From an uncultured archaeon (lineage in GTDB: Archaea; Asgardarchaeota; Lokiarchaeia; Sigyniarchaeales; SOKP01), in contig CAZALK010000001.1 in the NCBI GenBank assembly GCA_964486045.1, forward strand, positions 584,242 through 648,241: DNA of 64,000 nucleotides. Reading direction: 5' to 3'. Numbering within the stretch: the first letter of the stretch is position 1; the number at the start of each line of letters is the position of its first letter. The position numbers and the translations under genes are program-made. The notes beneath the pieces were generated by a model. It had not been told where the DNA came from, searched no databases, and worked only from the letters and a program-made list of their open reading frames with translations. This document shows positions 38,734 through 50,512 of the stretch, piece by piece.

Positions 38734-40500
38734 ATGCTCACATTCTTAATTTTTTTAAGCCTAAGCGTGCTAAGCCTATTAGTTAATATCATTTTTTATT
38801 TAAATCGAGAATCTAGTTATAGTAGCACTTTTAATAAGATATTGTTAACCATATTATTAATAACCTCAACTATATTTCTTATCCTTAATTTACCATTTTT
38901 TATCTTTAATGATTCAAAATCATTTTTGGAAGTTAGATATGAAATCTTTCTTCCCACAATCTTATTTAATTTATCAATTGCCCTATATTTCACATCTATT
39001 ATACTAAACTTGTTAGCACTATTCCAGGTTGATGAAAGTAGTATAATCTTAGAAAACCCTTCACGTTTAATTTCAAAAAGGGGTAAAATTCCTATAGGAA
39101 GAATTAAAAGGGGGAAAATTAGAAACAATAAGTTTCTCTTATCGAAAAAAGATCTCGAAAAGCATATATTCATATGTGGTGCAACAGGGACTGGTAAAAG
39201 TAACTTTCTTATGAATTTTTTAATTAACTTTTCAAAAATCTATGATATTCCCTTTTTTCTTGTAGAGTTTAAAGGGGAATATCATTTCTTACAAAAAAAA
39301 ATTGAAGACGTTCTTATTTTTTGGCCAGGAGAAAATTTTTCTATAAATATTTTTAAACCCGGTAAAGTAAATCCAATTATTCACGCAGAACGTATCTTTG
39401 ATATTTTAAAAAGTGGAAGGTTTTTGGATGAAAATGCTGAATTTTCTCCACAGATGGAGAAAGTATTGGTAGAGATATTAACAAAAGTTTGTCAAGATGA
39501 TCAATACCAGAATTGGGACGGTTTTGAGCAGGTATGCAGGCTATATCTGAAAAAAAACAAGAATAATATACCCATGCTAAATCAGACGCTTATTAGTATT
39601 AAAAACAGGATCAGAAGATTTTCAAGGGGACCGTTGAAAGCGTTATATGAAGAGAATAATAGCATAACCATAGATGAGTTATTCGAGAGAAATATTTTAC
39701 TTGATTTAAGCTCGATTATCCGTTTAGGAGGTGAAAAAGAAGATGCTCTCTTCTTCTTAAATATGGTACTTAAATATTTATGGGATAAAAATTTGATGAA
39801 AGGTGCCAAAAATTTTAAGGGAATTAAGCATCTTACAATAATTGAGGATGCTCAATATTTTGCCCCTCAAGATTTTGTAAAGAAAAGTAAAATAACTACC
39901 TATTTGGAGGATATTGCATTATTGCAAAGAGGGACAGGAGAATGCTTAATTACTTTAGCAACCCGTCCAGATATAAGCAAAGAAATTCTTGCCAATAATG
40001 GAATTGTATTAACTTTCAAAAACCATTTAGAAAAAGATATAATGTGCGAATTGTTGAATCTTGATAATGAAAATAGAAATTATTTGTCTATTTTAGATGA
40101 AGGTCAGTGCATCATAAGAGTGAATTCAGTTAAAGAGCCATTTTTGCTAAAGGTTCCTTATATCAAAAATGAATTATTATCCTTTAAAGAAATTTACAGA
40201 AATAACAGACATATCCTAGAGGATAAGAGTGGATACAACAATTTAAATTCAAAATTCAGACCCAAAAACCAATTTTCCCGATTTAAAATGATGATAAAAA
40301 AGGTTTTTCTTTTGAAATTGAAAAAAAATGAAACTAAAGAACCAATTATTATGACAAACGTCATGAGTGACTCAAAAAGCTTATGCCCACCCAATATTTC
40401 TGAGAAAAATTTCTGGGAACCTAATAGGGATGAAATATCTTATGAAAACTTAATAAAATATATTGCCAAGTTAGACGAGGAACAAAAGGAAAAGGAATAA
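38734..40500 (+). CDS. membrane-anchored HerA/VirB4-like ATPase (DUF87)
   Basis: Three N-terminal TM helices; HIFICGATGTGKS Walker A, IIEDAQ Walker B. Confidence 0.8.
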   Translation: MLTFLIFLSLSVLSLLVNIIFYLNRESSYSSTFNKILLTILLITSTIFLILNLPFFIFNDSKSFLEVRYEIFLPTILFNLSIALYFTSIILNLLALFQVDESSIILENPSRLISKRGKIPIGRIKRGKIRNNKFLLSKKDLEKHIFICGATGTGKSNFLMNFLINFSKIYDIPFFLVEFKGEYHFLQKKIEDVLIFWPGENFSINIFKPGKVNPIIHAERIFDILKSGRFLDENAEFSPQMEKVLVEILTKVCQDDQYQNWDGFEQVCRLYLKKNKNNIPMLNQTLISIKNRIRRFSRGPLKALYEENNSITIDELFERNILLDLSSIIRLGGEKEDALFFLNMVLKYLWDKNLMKGAKNFKGIKHLTIIEDAQYFAPQDFVKKSKITTYLEDIALLQRGTGECLITLATRPDISKEILANNGIVLTFKNHLEKDIMCELLNLDNENRNYLSILDEGQCIIRVNSVKEPFLLKVPYIKNELLSFKEIYRNNRHILEDKSGYNNLNSKFRPKNQFSRFKMMIKKVFLLKLKKNETKEPIIMTNVMSDSKSLCPPNISEKNFWEPNRDEISYENLIKYIAKLDEEQKEKE

Positions 40501-40529
40501 GTTATAATATATAGAAATTCAATATACAT

Positions 40530-41744
40530 ATGACATTCACTATAGGAATAATAGGAAAACCTAGTAGTGGAAAAACTACATTCTTAAATGCTTCCTGTTT
40601 GACAAATGCCAAAGTTAGTGAATTACCGTTTACCACAATTGATCCTAATCGAGGTGTTGCTTATGTCAAAACCAAATGTGTTTGCAATGAATTAAATGTA
40701 GAAGATAACCCTAAAAACTCCATTTGTATAGATGGGTTCCGTTTCGTTCCCATTAGCATGTTAGATGTTGCAGGACTAGTTCCTGATGCCCATAAAGGTA
40801 AGGGTTTAGGGAATAAGTTTTTAAATGACTTAATTAAAGCGGATGTGCTTCTACACATTGTAGATATTTCAGGATCTCTTGATAAATCGGGTAATATCGT
40901 TTCCATAGGTAAAACTGACCCTTTTGAGGATATTTTGTTCTTAGAGAATGAAATAAATTTTTGGTTTAAAAACATCATTGAGAGGGAAGATTGGAATAAA
41001 TTCACTAAGATTATGGTAACCGAAAAGCAAAAAATTGTAGAAAGTTTGTACGAAAGGCTCTCGGGAATGAAAATTAATAAAAATCAAATAATTCTATCAT
41101 TGAAAAATTCAAGACTTGATGATAAAATTCCGTCTTCTTGGACAGAGCTGGATTTACTCCTTTTTTCAGAAACGTTAAGAAAAATTTCCAAACCTACATT
41201 GATTGTGGCAAATAAAATTGATAAAAAAACTAGTTTAAAGAATTTAATAGATTTAAAAGAAAAATATAATGGACATGTTATCCCATGTAGTGCTTTAGCA
41301 GAATATTTTTTAAGAAAATATCATGAAAAAAGAATTATCAAATATACTCCTGGTTCTAAAGATTATATATTAATTGAGGAGTCGAGATTAACTGCAAATG
41401 AATTAGGAGCATTAAATAAAATAAAAAAGAAAATTTTAATACCATTTAATGGGACTGGTATTCAAAATATTTTAAATTTTGCTTCGAGTCAGTTGTTAAA
41501 TCAAATTTGTGTTTATCCCGTATCAGATATTAACACACTTTCAGACAATAAGGAAAATATTTTACCAGATGCATTTCTTGTTAAAAAAGGTACGCGTCTT
41601 AGAGACTTTGTTAAAGATAAAATCCATAGTGATTTAGCGGAAAACTTTATGTTTGGGATTGATGCAAAAACGAAAAAAAGGTTAGGAGAAAATTATGAAT
41701 TACAAGATCAAGATGTTATAAAGATTGTTACATCAAACAGATAA
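40530..41744 (+). CDS. ychF: YchF/Obg-family translation-associated GTPase
   Basis: GKPSSGKTT, PFTTIDPN, DVAGLV...GKGLGNKFL, NKID, C-terminal TGS. Confidence 0.92.
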   Translation: MTFTIGIIGKPSSGKTTFLNASCLTNAKVSELPFTTIDPNRGVAYVKTKCVCNELNVEDNPKNSICIDGFRFVPISMLDVAGLVPDAHKGKGLGNKFLNDLIKADVLLHIVDISGSLDKSGNIVSIGKTDPFEDILFLENEINFWFKNIIEREDWNKFTKIMVTEKQKIVESLYERLSGMKINKNQIILSLKNSRLDDKIPSSWTELDLLLFSETLRKISKPTLIVANKIDKKTSLKNLIDLKEKYNGHVIPCSALAEYFLRKYHEKRIIKYTPGSKDYILIEESRLTANELGALNKIKKKILIPFNGTGIQNILNFASSQLLNQICVYPVSDINTLSDNKENILPDAFLVKKGTRLRDFVKDKIHSDLAENFMFGIDAKTKKRLGENYELQDQDVIKIVTSNR

Positions 41745-41756
41745 TAATGCAAATTT

Positions 41757-41912
41757 TCACTTTTCTTGTTTTGAGGTTAGGAGAATGTAAACTAAAATTA
41801 TAATTAGTAATATAATCCCAAAGGTGACCAAGATAAAATTAAATACTTCCAGTGCATCTGTAGTTTGAAAGATAAATAAGACCATTATTAGAATTAAATT
41901 ATATAATCTCAT
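41757..41912 (-). CDS. small membrane protein (51 aa)
   Basis: MRLYNLILIMVLFIFQTTDALEVFNFILVTFGIILLIIILVYILLTSKQEK*; fills the gap between ychF and tRNA-Ala. Confidence 0.4.
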   Translation of the reverse strand: MRLYNLILIMVLFIFQTTDALEVFNFILVTFGIILLIIILVYILLTSKQEK

Positions 41913-41988
41913 CTTAATAATGGATATTTAATGCAAAATTATAAAATTTCTTATTTTCAAGGAAAACTAAATTTGTGATTTTTTTGAG

Positions 41989-42090
41989 TGGACCTGACGG
42001 GAATTGAACCCGTGACCTCTTGAGTGCAAGTCAAGCTTAAAATTAGCATGCTAAGTGCAGAGTAATGATCTTCCACTGATCTACAGGCCC
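41989..42090 (-). tRNA. tRNA-Ala(TGC) with non-canonical intron (42037-42066, position 25/26)
   Basis: GGGCCTG/CAGGTCC acceptor with G3:U70, CTTGA-CTTGCAC-TCAAG; BHB AAGA/TTTT. Confidence 0.92.
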
Positions 42091-42163
42091 CAATTTAAAA
42101 ATTAAGAGAAGAAAGTTTATTAAAAACCTTATTTTAAGTTAAGTCTTTTTTCAAATTAAAAAA

Positions 42164-43658
<1,495 letters not shown>

Positions 43659-43698
43659 AACAAACTGTGAAGTTCATCACAAAACTATTTTTGGAATT

Positions 43699-43733
43699 TT
43701 AACTTAATTGAGGATCTTAATAAAACTTTCTTC
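43699..43733 (-). other. 5' arm of 16S pre-rRNA processing stem (pairs with 42108-42142)
   Basis: ttaataaaactttcttc is the inverted complement of gaagaaagtttattaa; ttaacttaa of ttaagttaa. Confidence 0.75.
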
Positions 43734-43979
43734 AGTTATAATTACCTAATTATAACTACATTTTTTATACCGCATTTATGATAAAACTCTTCATTTAACG
43801 GATATTTACCGTAATCCAAGCTTACACCGGTAAAGATGCGATTTGTTCTATATAAAGAAGGAACAATATATTATAAATTTTTTTGTTTTTCTGCTGAAAG
43901 CTTAGTTTAGATTATTAAATTTTCGTAGTTTAAAAATATCTATTAAAATAAAATAGTGTCGTTTCAAAAATAGACCTTA

Positions 43980-44990
43980 GTGTTTAATATGCAGCTCAAT
44001 GAAAAAATAGGGATCCATTTAGACCAAATAAAGCAAATAAAAGGTGTCGAGAATGCTGTTTTAACTCAAAGGGATGGAAACCCAATTCAATCAACAGGAG
44101 TCTGGTTCTCTAAAGATGAAATATTTAACGTTAGCTCAGCTACAAGCGCGATTTTTAACGTTGGGATTCATTTACATCCGAAAGACTTAAAATATATTCT
44201 AATTGAAGGGAAGAAAGCAAAAATTTTGATCGCACCATTGAATAGTCCAATACATAATTCGTTGAATAGAATTTTAGAATCTCAAGGAGTTTTAGATGAT
44301 AAGCACGAATTTTTCATAGCTATTACTGCTCAACCAAATATAAACTTAGGCGGTGTTTTTCTTCAAACTAGTGAATGTTTAAGAAAGATTAAGACGAGTT
44401 TAATAACATCTGGGGAATCTTTTAAACCTCCATTAATTCAATTTAATAGTCAAAAAGTTCAAAATATTATAGAAGGATTTAATATTAAGGAAAATGAAGA
44501 GATGGATTTTAAATTATCTCCTTTCTCATTAAGTTTATCGAAGCCAACGTCAATGAAATTGAGAAAAGTATTGAATAACATCTCTCTCACTGTTCCTGAT
44601 TTGAAATATGCTTTTGTAACGATTGAGGGAGGATTTATTGCTTCCAAGTTTTTAAAAAACTTTGATTTGAGTACAGAAAATTTAGATAAGATTTCTGCGA
44701 TGAGTTATTCCCTCTTTCAAACTGCTAACAGATGCGCTTGGTTATTAAAAAAAATGCATGCTGAAAAAATTTTACTTGACTGTCAACATTCTTTCCAATT
44801 CATTGAAGGGTTGGGGAAATCGATCTTCAGTGCAGTTATTGGGAAAATGAGGCAAAAATTAGGCCTAATTAGATTAATTCTTCCACAGTTTACAAATAAA
44901 ATCAACATTCTTATTAAAGAAGCATCTGAAATTCAAGAATTCCGTACATTCGATATTAAGAGAATGTTGGGAGAATTAATAATAAAATAG
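43980..44990 (+). CDS. tandem Roadblock/LC7 (MglB-like) domain protein
   Basis: GVENAVLTQRDGNPIQS...SSATSAIF and PDLKYAFVTIEGGFIAS...ISAMSYSL...LGLIRL. Confidence 0.85.
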   Translation: MFNMQLNEKIGIHLDQIKQIKGVENAVLTQRDGNPIQSTGVWFSKDEIFNVSSATSAIFNVGIHLHPKDLKYILIEGKKAKILIAPLNSPIHNSLNRILESQGVLDDKHEFFIAITAQPNINLGGVFLQTSECLRKIKTSLITSGESFKPPLIQFNSQKVQNIIEGFNIKENEEMDFKLSPFSLSLSKPTSMKLRKVLNNISLTVPDLKYAFVTIEGGFIASKFLKNFDLSTENLDKISAMSYSLFQTANRCAWLLKKMHAEKILLDCQHSFQFIEGLGKSIFSAVIGKMRQKLGLIRLILPQFTNKINILIKEASEIQEFRTFDIKRMLGELIIK

Positions 44991-45002
44991 AAAGGTGAAA
45001 AG

Positions 45003-45899
45003 ATGAATTTTTTCAAGATCCTAGATAAATTCAAAAAGCATTACAGCTCATTAATTCTTTATTGCCTGTTAGATAGAATTCCTATAATAGTTTTAGGGGA
45101 TAATTCGGATAAAATAAATAATTTTTTGATGGAGTTATCTGAACTTGTACATTTTCGAAGGGAATATGTTTTCTATACAGATTTTATCTCCACGGATGAA
45201 TATGATGATTTAATTACAAATGAAAATTTAGATTATAATTATCAAAGAGCAAACATAAGATGTCCTTGTGGAGTTGCTACTAGAGCTTTAAATACATTTA
45301 AAAATATCGATTCATGGCTAATCGGAATCGTCATTCCGAGAGAAAATAAGGACTTGTTAAAACTAAAAGAATTAATTAATACTAAAACTAACACCATTTT
45401 ATATATTTCCTTCTCTTCGAACAATTTTTCAATGGGTATAGATCAAATAAATTTAAAATCGGTAAATTTGACCCTTGAAGAAAATATACTTAGAAAAATT
45501 TCCCTTGATACCGAAAAATCGTTAATAAAAATGAAAAGAGTACTAAATGACAAAATTACATCAAACCTACTTGACAAGGATTTAGTGGAGACATTATTAG
45601 ATTTCGAAGTGGAAAAAAATGAGTTGAAGAAAAACATATTTAGAAGGGAAATTCAAAATTTCTATTCTGGTTCAAAAAGAGCGTTTTTCATATTATCAAG
45701 ATTGAATTTACTAAATAATATTAAAATATACACAAAGATTAGTAGTAAAACTCTTTTGAAAACAATTGACTATGAAGATGCTCCAATAGAAAGGATGATA
45801 TCATTTATTGGAAAGGAATGGGGTGAAAATTTTTCTGATTTGATTGAAGATGGTAAAAAATCATTTATGGGTGATAAAATAGTATCACTTTGGGGTTAG
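45003..45899 (+). CDS. hypothetical protein, possibly DENN/folliculin-core-like
   Basis: LYCLLDRIPIIVLGD...FLMELSELVHFR resembles the DENN core start; lies between Roadblock and GTPase genes. Confidence 0.55.
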   Translation: MNFFKILDKFKKHYSSLILYCLLDRIPIIVLGDNSDKINNFLMELSELVHFRREYVFYTDFISTDEYDDLITNENLDYNYQRANIRCPCGVATRALNTFKNIDSWLIGIVIPRENKDLLKLKELINTKTNTILYISFSSNNFSMGIDQINLKSVNLTLEENILRKISLDTEKSLIKMKRVLNDKITSNLLDKDLVETLLDFEVEKNELKKNIFRREIQNFYSGSKRAFFILSRLNLLNNIKIYTKISSKTLLKTIDYEDAPIERMISFIGKEWGENFSDLIEDGKKSFMGDKIVSLWG

Positions 45900-45906
45900 G
45901 TTTAAC

Positions 45907-46500
45907 ATGATATTTGATTTTGAAAATGAAACTTTACAAGTAAAAATTGTTTACTACGGTCCTGGAATGTCAGGAAAAACAACTTCAGTGAAATTTTTAT
46001 TTTCTTGTTTTAACAAAGAAAATTCATTGAAATCTATTGACAGTACTGTAGGAAGGACACTTTTCTTTGATTTTGGAGTTCTTAAATTTAAAGGAGCTAG
46101 ATGGGATTTAAAGTTCTTAGTCTATTCTGCGACAGGTCAAGATTTTTATTCTAGTACTCGACCAGCAACATTGAATGGAGTAGACGGAATAATATTTGTT
46201 GTTGATTCTCAAAAAGAATGCTTGGAACATAATATTCGATCATGGATGGAGTTAAAAACATTATTCGGTAGGGAAATTTTTAACATTCCTATCGTAATTT
46301 CATTAAATAAATATGACTTACATGAAATTAAAAAGATACTTGAAACAGACTTCATGACACACATTAACTATTCAAAGTTTAAACATTTAGCACTAAAGAA
46401 AACGTCTGCTATAAATGGGGAAGGTGTTTTGGATTCATTCAGCCAACTAATTAAGTTTATATTCCCACAACTGAAAGTTAATTTAAAAATAAATAATTAA
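45907..46500 (+). CDS. MglA-like small GTPase
   Basis: VKIVYYGPGMSGKTT, RTLFFDF, SATGQ, GVDGIIFVVDSQ, NKYD, TSA. Confidence 0.88.
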   Translation: MIFDFENETLQVKIVYYGPGMSGKTTSVKFLFSCFNKENSLKSIDSTVGRTLFFDFGVLKFKGARWDLKFLVYSATGQDFYSSTRPATLNGVDGIIFVVDSQKECLEHNIRSWMELKTLFGREIFNIPIVISLNKYDLHEIKKILETDFMTHINYSKFKHLALKKTSAINGEGVLDSFSQLIKFIFPQLKVNLKINN

Positions 46501-46704
46501 TTAATCTTTTTTTTGGTATTCGTTTTCAATTTTTTGATACATGTTCTTTGACAATCTTTTAATATAACCCTGTAAAACAAATTGTTTCAATAAATTCCTT
46601 ACTTTCCTTTCTTCTGAAGCATCAATGCCCAACAAACTTATAATTTGAAAAATCGAAAATTGTTTAGGCAAACCACCCTTTATTCTATTATAAAGTCCCG
46701 TTAT
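46501..46704 (-). CDS. small winged-helix-like protein (67 aa), apparent AUA start
   Basis: (ATA)TGLYNRIKGGLPKQFSIFQIISLLGID...KVRNLLKQFVLQGYIKRLSKNMYQK; AGGTG RBS 7 nt upstream, in-frame TGA immediately before ATA. Confidence 0.7.
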   Translation of the reverse strand: MTGLYNRIKGGLPKQFSIFQIISLLGIDASEERKVRNLLKQFVLQGYIKRLSKNMYQKIENEYQKKD

Positions 46705-47004
46705 TCACTCACACCTATTTTTATTTAGTTAATCAAAAAAATGAAGAAACATTTTTATATTTTATTCAAACGATGCAAATTTTATTTATTGGAATATAGG
46801 TTTTTATAATCCTCAAGGTAACTATAAATTATCATTCCTACTTTACGTAGATCATCCTTGTCTAGTCATTTTCATTGAATATTTACAACCTATTTTACTC
46901 CATATTCTTTGAAATCAAACTTAATCCAAATTTATTATGGGATGAGAGAATCTTTTTATGATTTTAAATCAAATAAGGATAAAAAATTATAAAGTAATTC
47001 AAAA

Positions 47005-47685
47005 TTAACGAAAATCCTTGAAATTATCTCCAATTGGAGCATTACCATCTCCATATATCTGATAAAACCCGATTCTTCTAGCACATTCAGTAAAACTACG
47101 ATAAACATCTTTTCGTTTTTCGTATAAAGCACATGTATTATAGATTATCGGATTCCATCTATAAAGTTTGTCTTCAGGTTTATACCAAAGTTTTTCATCT
47201 TTTAAAACTTGTTTAAAGTCTTCTTCTCCGATTACCTCAGTGAGATCTTGTTTGTTTAGCATAACAATGAGTGGAATTTCAGTAATTAATTTCCCTCTTG
47301 TAATATTCTTCAATTCCTTTAGGGATTCGATATTATCCTCAAAAAAGTGAGTTTGTGAATCTACAGTGAAGATAACCCCGTCTGTTCCTTTAAATATTTT
47401 TTTTCTTAGGGGAGAAAACCTTCGTTGCCCCGCAACGGTATACACATGATAAAAAACTTTTCCTTGTCTTTTTTGTTTGGTCGATTGAAAAATACCCCTA
47501 TCAAAATAAAGAGTTGATCCACTTGCCATCGAAATTTTTGTTAAATTACCAGTTGGAGTAATATCTTTTTCATTTTCTTTCGACAATCTGTATAATGTGT
47601 CGACTGATGTTGTCTTTCCTGAATTCGCCATACCCCAATAGAGGATCTTTATATATACTTTATGGTCTGCTGTATATCGAACCAT
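47005..47685 (-). CDS. MglA-like small GTPase
   Basis: IKILYWGMANSGKTT, STLYFD, YTVAGQ, GTDGVIF.VDSQ, NKQD. Confidence 0.88.
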   Translation of the reverse strand: MVRYTADHKVYIKILYWGMANSGKTTSVDTLYRLSKENEKDITPTGNLTKISMASGSTLYFDRGIFQSTKQKRQGKVFYHVYTVAGQRRFSPLRKKIFKGTDGVIFTVDSQTHFFEDNIESLKELKNITRGKLITEIPLIVMLNKQDLTEVIGEEDFKQVLKDEKLWYKPEDKLYRWNPIIYNTCALYEKRKDVYRSFTECARRIGFYQIYGDGNAPIGDNFKDFR

Positions 47686-47891
47686 GCAAAATCTACCTTA
47701 TCGTATTAATTATAAAGTAAATAAATCGTTCTTTTGAATTAAAATTAGTGGAAATGAAAAATATTTCTAGTTTTTTAATAAAATAAATAATTTAATACTA
47801 TTATAATTAAGTATTTATAATTCCTTTTTGGTATTTTTACTTTTTTACAAAATAATAATTAAGTAAGAAGTATTCATTCCCTTCACAAAAC

Positions 47892-48125
47892 CTAAAATTC
47901 TACAAAAGTTTCTCCTAATCTAATCTTATAATTACACCATAAAATTAATTCATTGTATTTATCTCCAATTTTATCCTCTCTTATTATCAAATTAATTATA
48001 TCTGAATACATGATTTCTCTTCTACCTTGAAATATTGTGTCTAATTTTTTTTTAATTTCTTGTAGTAATTCAATGTTATTGATTGGGATGATCTTAATCT
48101 TCCTATAACTCTGATCTTTTTTCAT
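47892..48125 (-). CDS. hypothetical protein
   Basis: 77-aa ORF. Confidence 0.55.
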   Translation of the reverse strand: MKKDQSYRKIKIIPINNIELLQEIKKKLDTIFQGRREIMYSDIINLIIREDKIGDKYNELILWCNYKIRLGETFVEF

Positions 48126-48347
48126 TTAACACATCTTTAGACTAATAAGTATTCAAGATTTTACTTAATTCTCTTCTATATTTACCATTTTAAATCCCAT
48201 TTATTTTAGTTCTTATCATCCCCCCCTCTTACACTATTGTAAAAGAGTTCATTACTAAGTAAAACTATTACTTTTAACCTAATTAGAATTACATATAGCT
48301 AAAATAAAGCAGAAATGATATCATTAATTTAAATTTGAATTCTCTAA

Positions 48348-49373
48348 GTGATTGAAATTAGTGATAAAGAAAAATTAAGTGAAACTAGTGAAAAATGCCC
48401 TGAATGTAGAGGAAAAACTATTATTAATAGATTTGAAAAGGTTTGTAGTGCATGTGGATTAGTAATAAATGAGTTATTTAAAGCATCGTCATTTGTGGTT
48501 AATAATACAGACAAATCTGGAAATTCAAGTAAGCAGTATGTCGCATTGGGAGAAAGAACGGATTTTATAGGCGGTCTTGGTTCATTTATTGATTATGAAA
48601 ATTCTAGGTACTTAAAAGATAAAGCGGGAAGGTTGTTACCTCCCAATGAACAAAAATTATTTAGAAGGTTAAAAAAGAATTATGCGCAATTCTTAAGAAT
48701 TAAAAATCACGAGACTGAATATCGAATTTTCAACATTTTAAACAAGGTTTCGTTATATCTTAACCTAAATAAAAATATTCGCAATAATTCAGCATACTAT
48801 TATAAGAAAATACTTAAAAATGAACAAAAGGTTATTAACAATATATCATTAATCGCTTTTTGTGTATTTCTTGCTGTCAGGAAGGAATATCATAATGCAC
48901 CTATTACAATTAATGAAATAGCAAAAGCTTTTCAAAATTTTGGGCATCGCGTGAATCCCAGGTTGATCTTACGGGATGGGATAAGATACAAGCATCATCT
49001 AAATAATGAGTCAATTCCCCATAAAACCGAAGATTATCTTGTAAGGTTAACCAATCAAGTTATAAATCATAAGGATCTCTCAGAAAGATTAGAGAAAAAA
49101 GGATCTTTTTGGATGAAGTATGAATTCCAAAATAATTTGCTGAAAAAATGTAGGGAAATATTGATAGAATTACCATTATTGCATCGTGGTGGAAGAAATC
49201 CTTTTATTTTAACTGGGGCTATAATATATCTAGCAGATAAGGTATTAGCAAAGGAAAATAAGCTGAAAGCAGTTTTAACACAGAAAATTATATCTGAAGC
49301 TACAAATATTGCGGAATATTCCATAAGGGATCATTATGTAAATCTGTTAAAACCTCTTTTTCTCAAAAACTAA
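48348..49373 (+). CDS. divergent TFB/TFIIB family protein
   Basis: CPEC...VCSACGLV zinc ribbon, cyclin repeats, GRNP..LTGAIIY, TQ.IIS....IAEYSIR. Confidence 0.8.
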   Translation: MIEISDKEKLSETSEKCPECRGKTIINRFEKVCSACGLVINELFKASSFVVNNTDKSGNSSKQYVALGERTDFIGGLGSFIDYENSRYLKDKAGRLLPPNEQKLFRRLKKNYAQFLRIKNHETEYRIFNILNKVSLYLNLNKNIRNNSAYYYKKILKNEQKVINNISLIAFCVFLAVRKEYHNAPITINEIAKAFQNFGHRVNPRLILRDGIRYKHHLNNESIPHKTEDYLVRLTNQVINHKDLSERLEKKGSFWMKYEFQNNLLKKCREILIELPLLHRGGRNPFILTGAIIYLADKVLAKENKLKAVLTQKIISEATNIAEYSIRDHYVNLLKPLFLKN

Positions 49374-49537
49374 ATTTATTACTGTTTTTAAATAAGATTA
49401 GGATATATAGATATCTTGAGAGATTTTTCCCTTATAATTATTTTATATTCTATAATATTAAATTCTATTAAATATTTAAAATAATTTGAATTTATTAAAA
49501 AATAGACTGATATAGTGTTTTAAAGATAAAATATCAT

Positions 49538-49650
49538 GCTTCTGTAGTGTAGACCGGTCAATTTAAGTCGTAGTTATAGATTGATACGATTAAGATCAAG
49601 CATCTGAGGCTCTCACCTTCGGGACCCGGGTTCAAATCCCGGCAGAAGCA
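49538..49650 (+). tRNA. tRNA-Glu(CTC) with D-arm intron (49562-49599, ~21/22)
   Basis: GCTTCTG/CAGAAGC acceptor, TGAGG-CTCTCAC-CTTCG; BHB-like GGTC/GATC. Confidence 0.92.
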
Positions 49651-49742
49651 TTATTTCTAATCCCTATGTTAAAAGAATAACTTAAACCAAATATACAAAT
49701 TTTATACTGATAATTCTGTTTTGAGATCGAAGTTAATATAAT

Positions 49743-50123
49743 TCATTCATGTCCCTTTTTAAATGTAGGGGGGATACTATTTAATAAACTGAGGAAATTC
49801 GAGATAACATCAATATAACTCCTTATTAATTCGATATCAGTTTCTACTTGTAATTTTTCTATTATCCACTGAACCTTTTTAGATATAACATCCTCTAATG
49901 ATGTATAAATTGCTTCTCTAAAGTTTGGCTTTATATTGAGATTATTCTCGTAATTTAAATTATTCTTTTGATAATATTGAGCTGTTTTATCATTCGATAC
50001 AACAACTTTTCTATCACAACTGGGACAAAACTTATCCCCACTTTTATTTCTAAAAATGGGATTATTACAAACAGGACAAGCTAAGTTTAACATTGTATTA
50101 CCCATTCTAAGAAGATCGGCCAT
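49743..50123 (-). CDS. UPF0148 / Sjogren's syndrome-scleroderma autoantigen 1 family zinc-ribbon protein
   Basis: MADLLRMGNTML..ACPVC..PIF......FCPSC. Confidence 0.88.
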   Translation of the reverse strand: MADLLRMGNTMLNLACPVCNNPIFRNKSGDKFCPSCDRKVVVSNDKTAQYYQKNNLNYENNLNIKPNFREAIYTSLEDVISKKVQWIIEKLQVETDIELIRSYIDVISNFLSLLNSIPPTFKKGHE

Positions 50124-50210
50124 TTTTAAAATATTTTTATTAATTTTTATCCCTTCAAATAAGTTATTAAATTAATGTAATTTAAAATGTTTTTTATAAG
50201 CTAGAAGCTT

Positions 50211-50405
50211 TCATTCTCGATTTTTTATTTTTAATAAATTCACAATATACCCAGAAATCCGGTTTCTTAGGTGTTTTGAATCAACTTCAAGATATTTGTC
50301 TAAAAGCTTCTTATTTATTTCAAAATCGGTAGTAAAGACATCAGGATATTTATTTATTAATTCTTTTGATACATTTTTAATTAATAACGTTCTTACTTTT
50401 CCCAT
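50211..50405 (-). CDS. rps17e: 30S ribosomal protein S17e
   Basis: MGKVRT..IK, FTTDFE.NK, SKHLRNRISGY. Confidence 0.97.
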   Translation of the reverse strand: MGKVRTLLIKNVSKELINKYPDVFTTDFEINKKLLDKYLEVDSKHLRNRISGYIVNLLKIKNRE

Positions 50406-50512
50406 GGTAATAATTTAATGTTTGCTTTATTATTTCATAATTAAAATATTTGTTAAGATAAATTTTTTTCGTAATTATTTTAGTTTTTATAGTTTTAAGT
50501 AAAAATGTTTAT

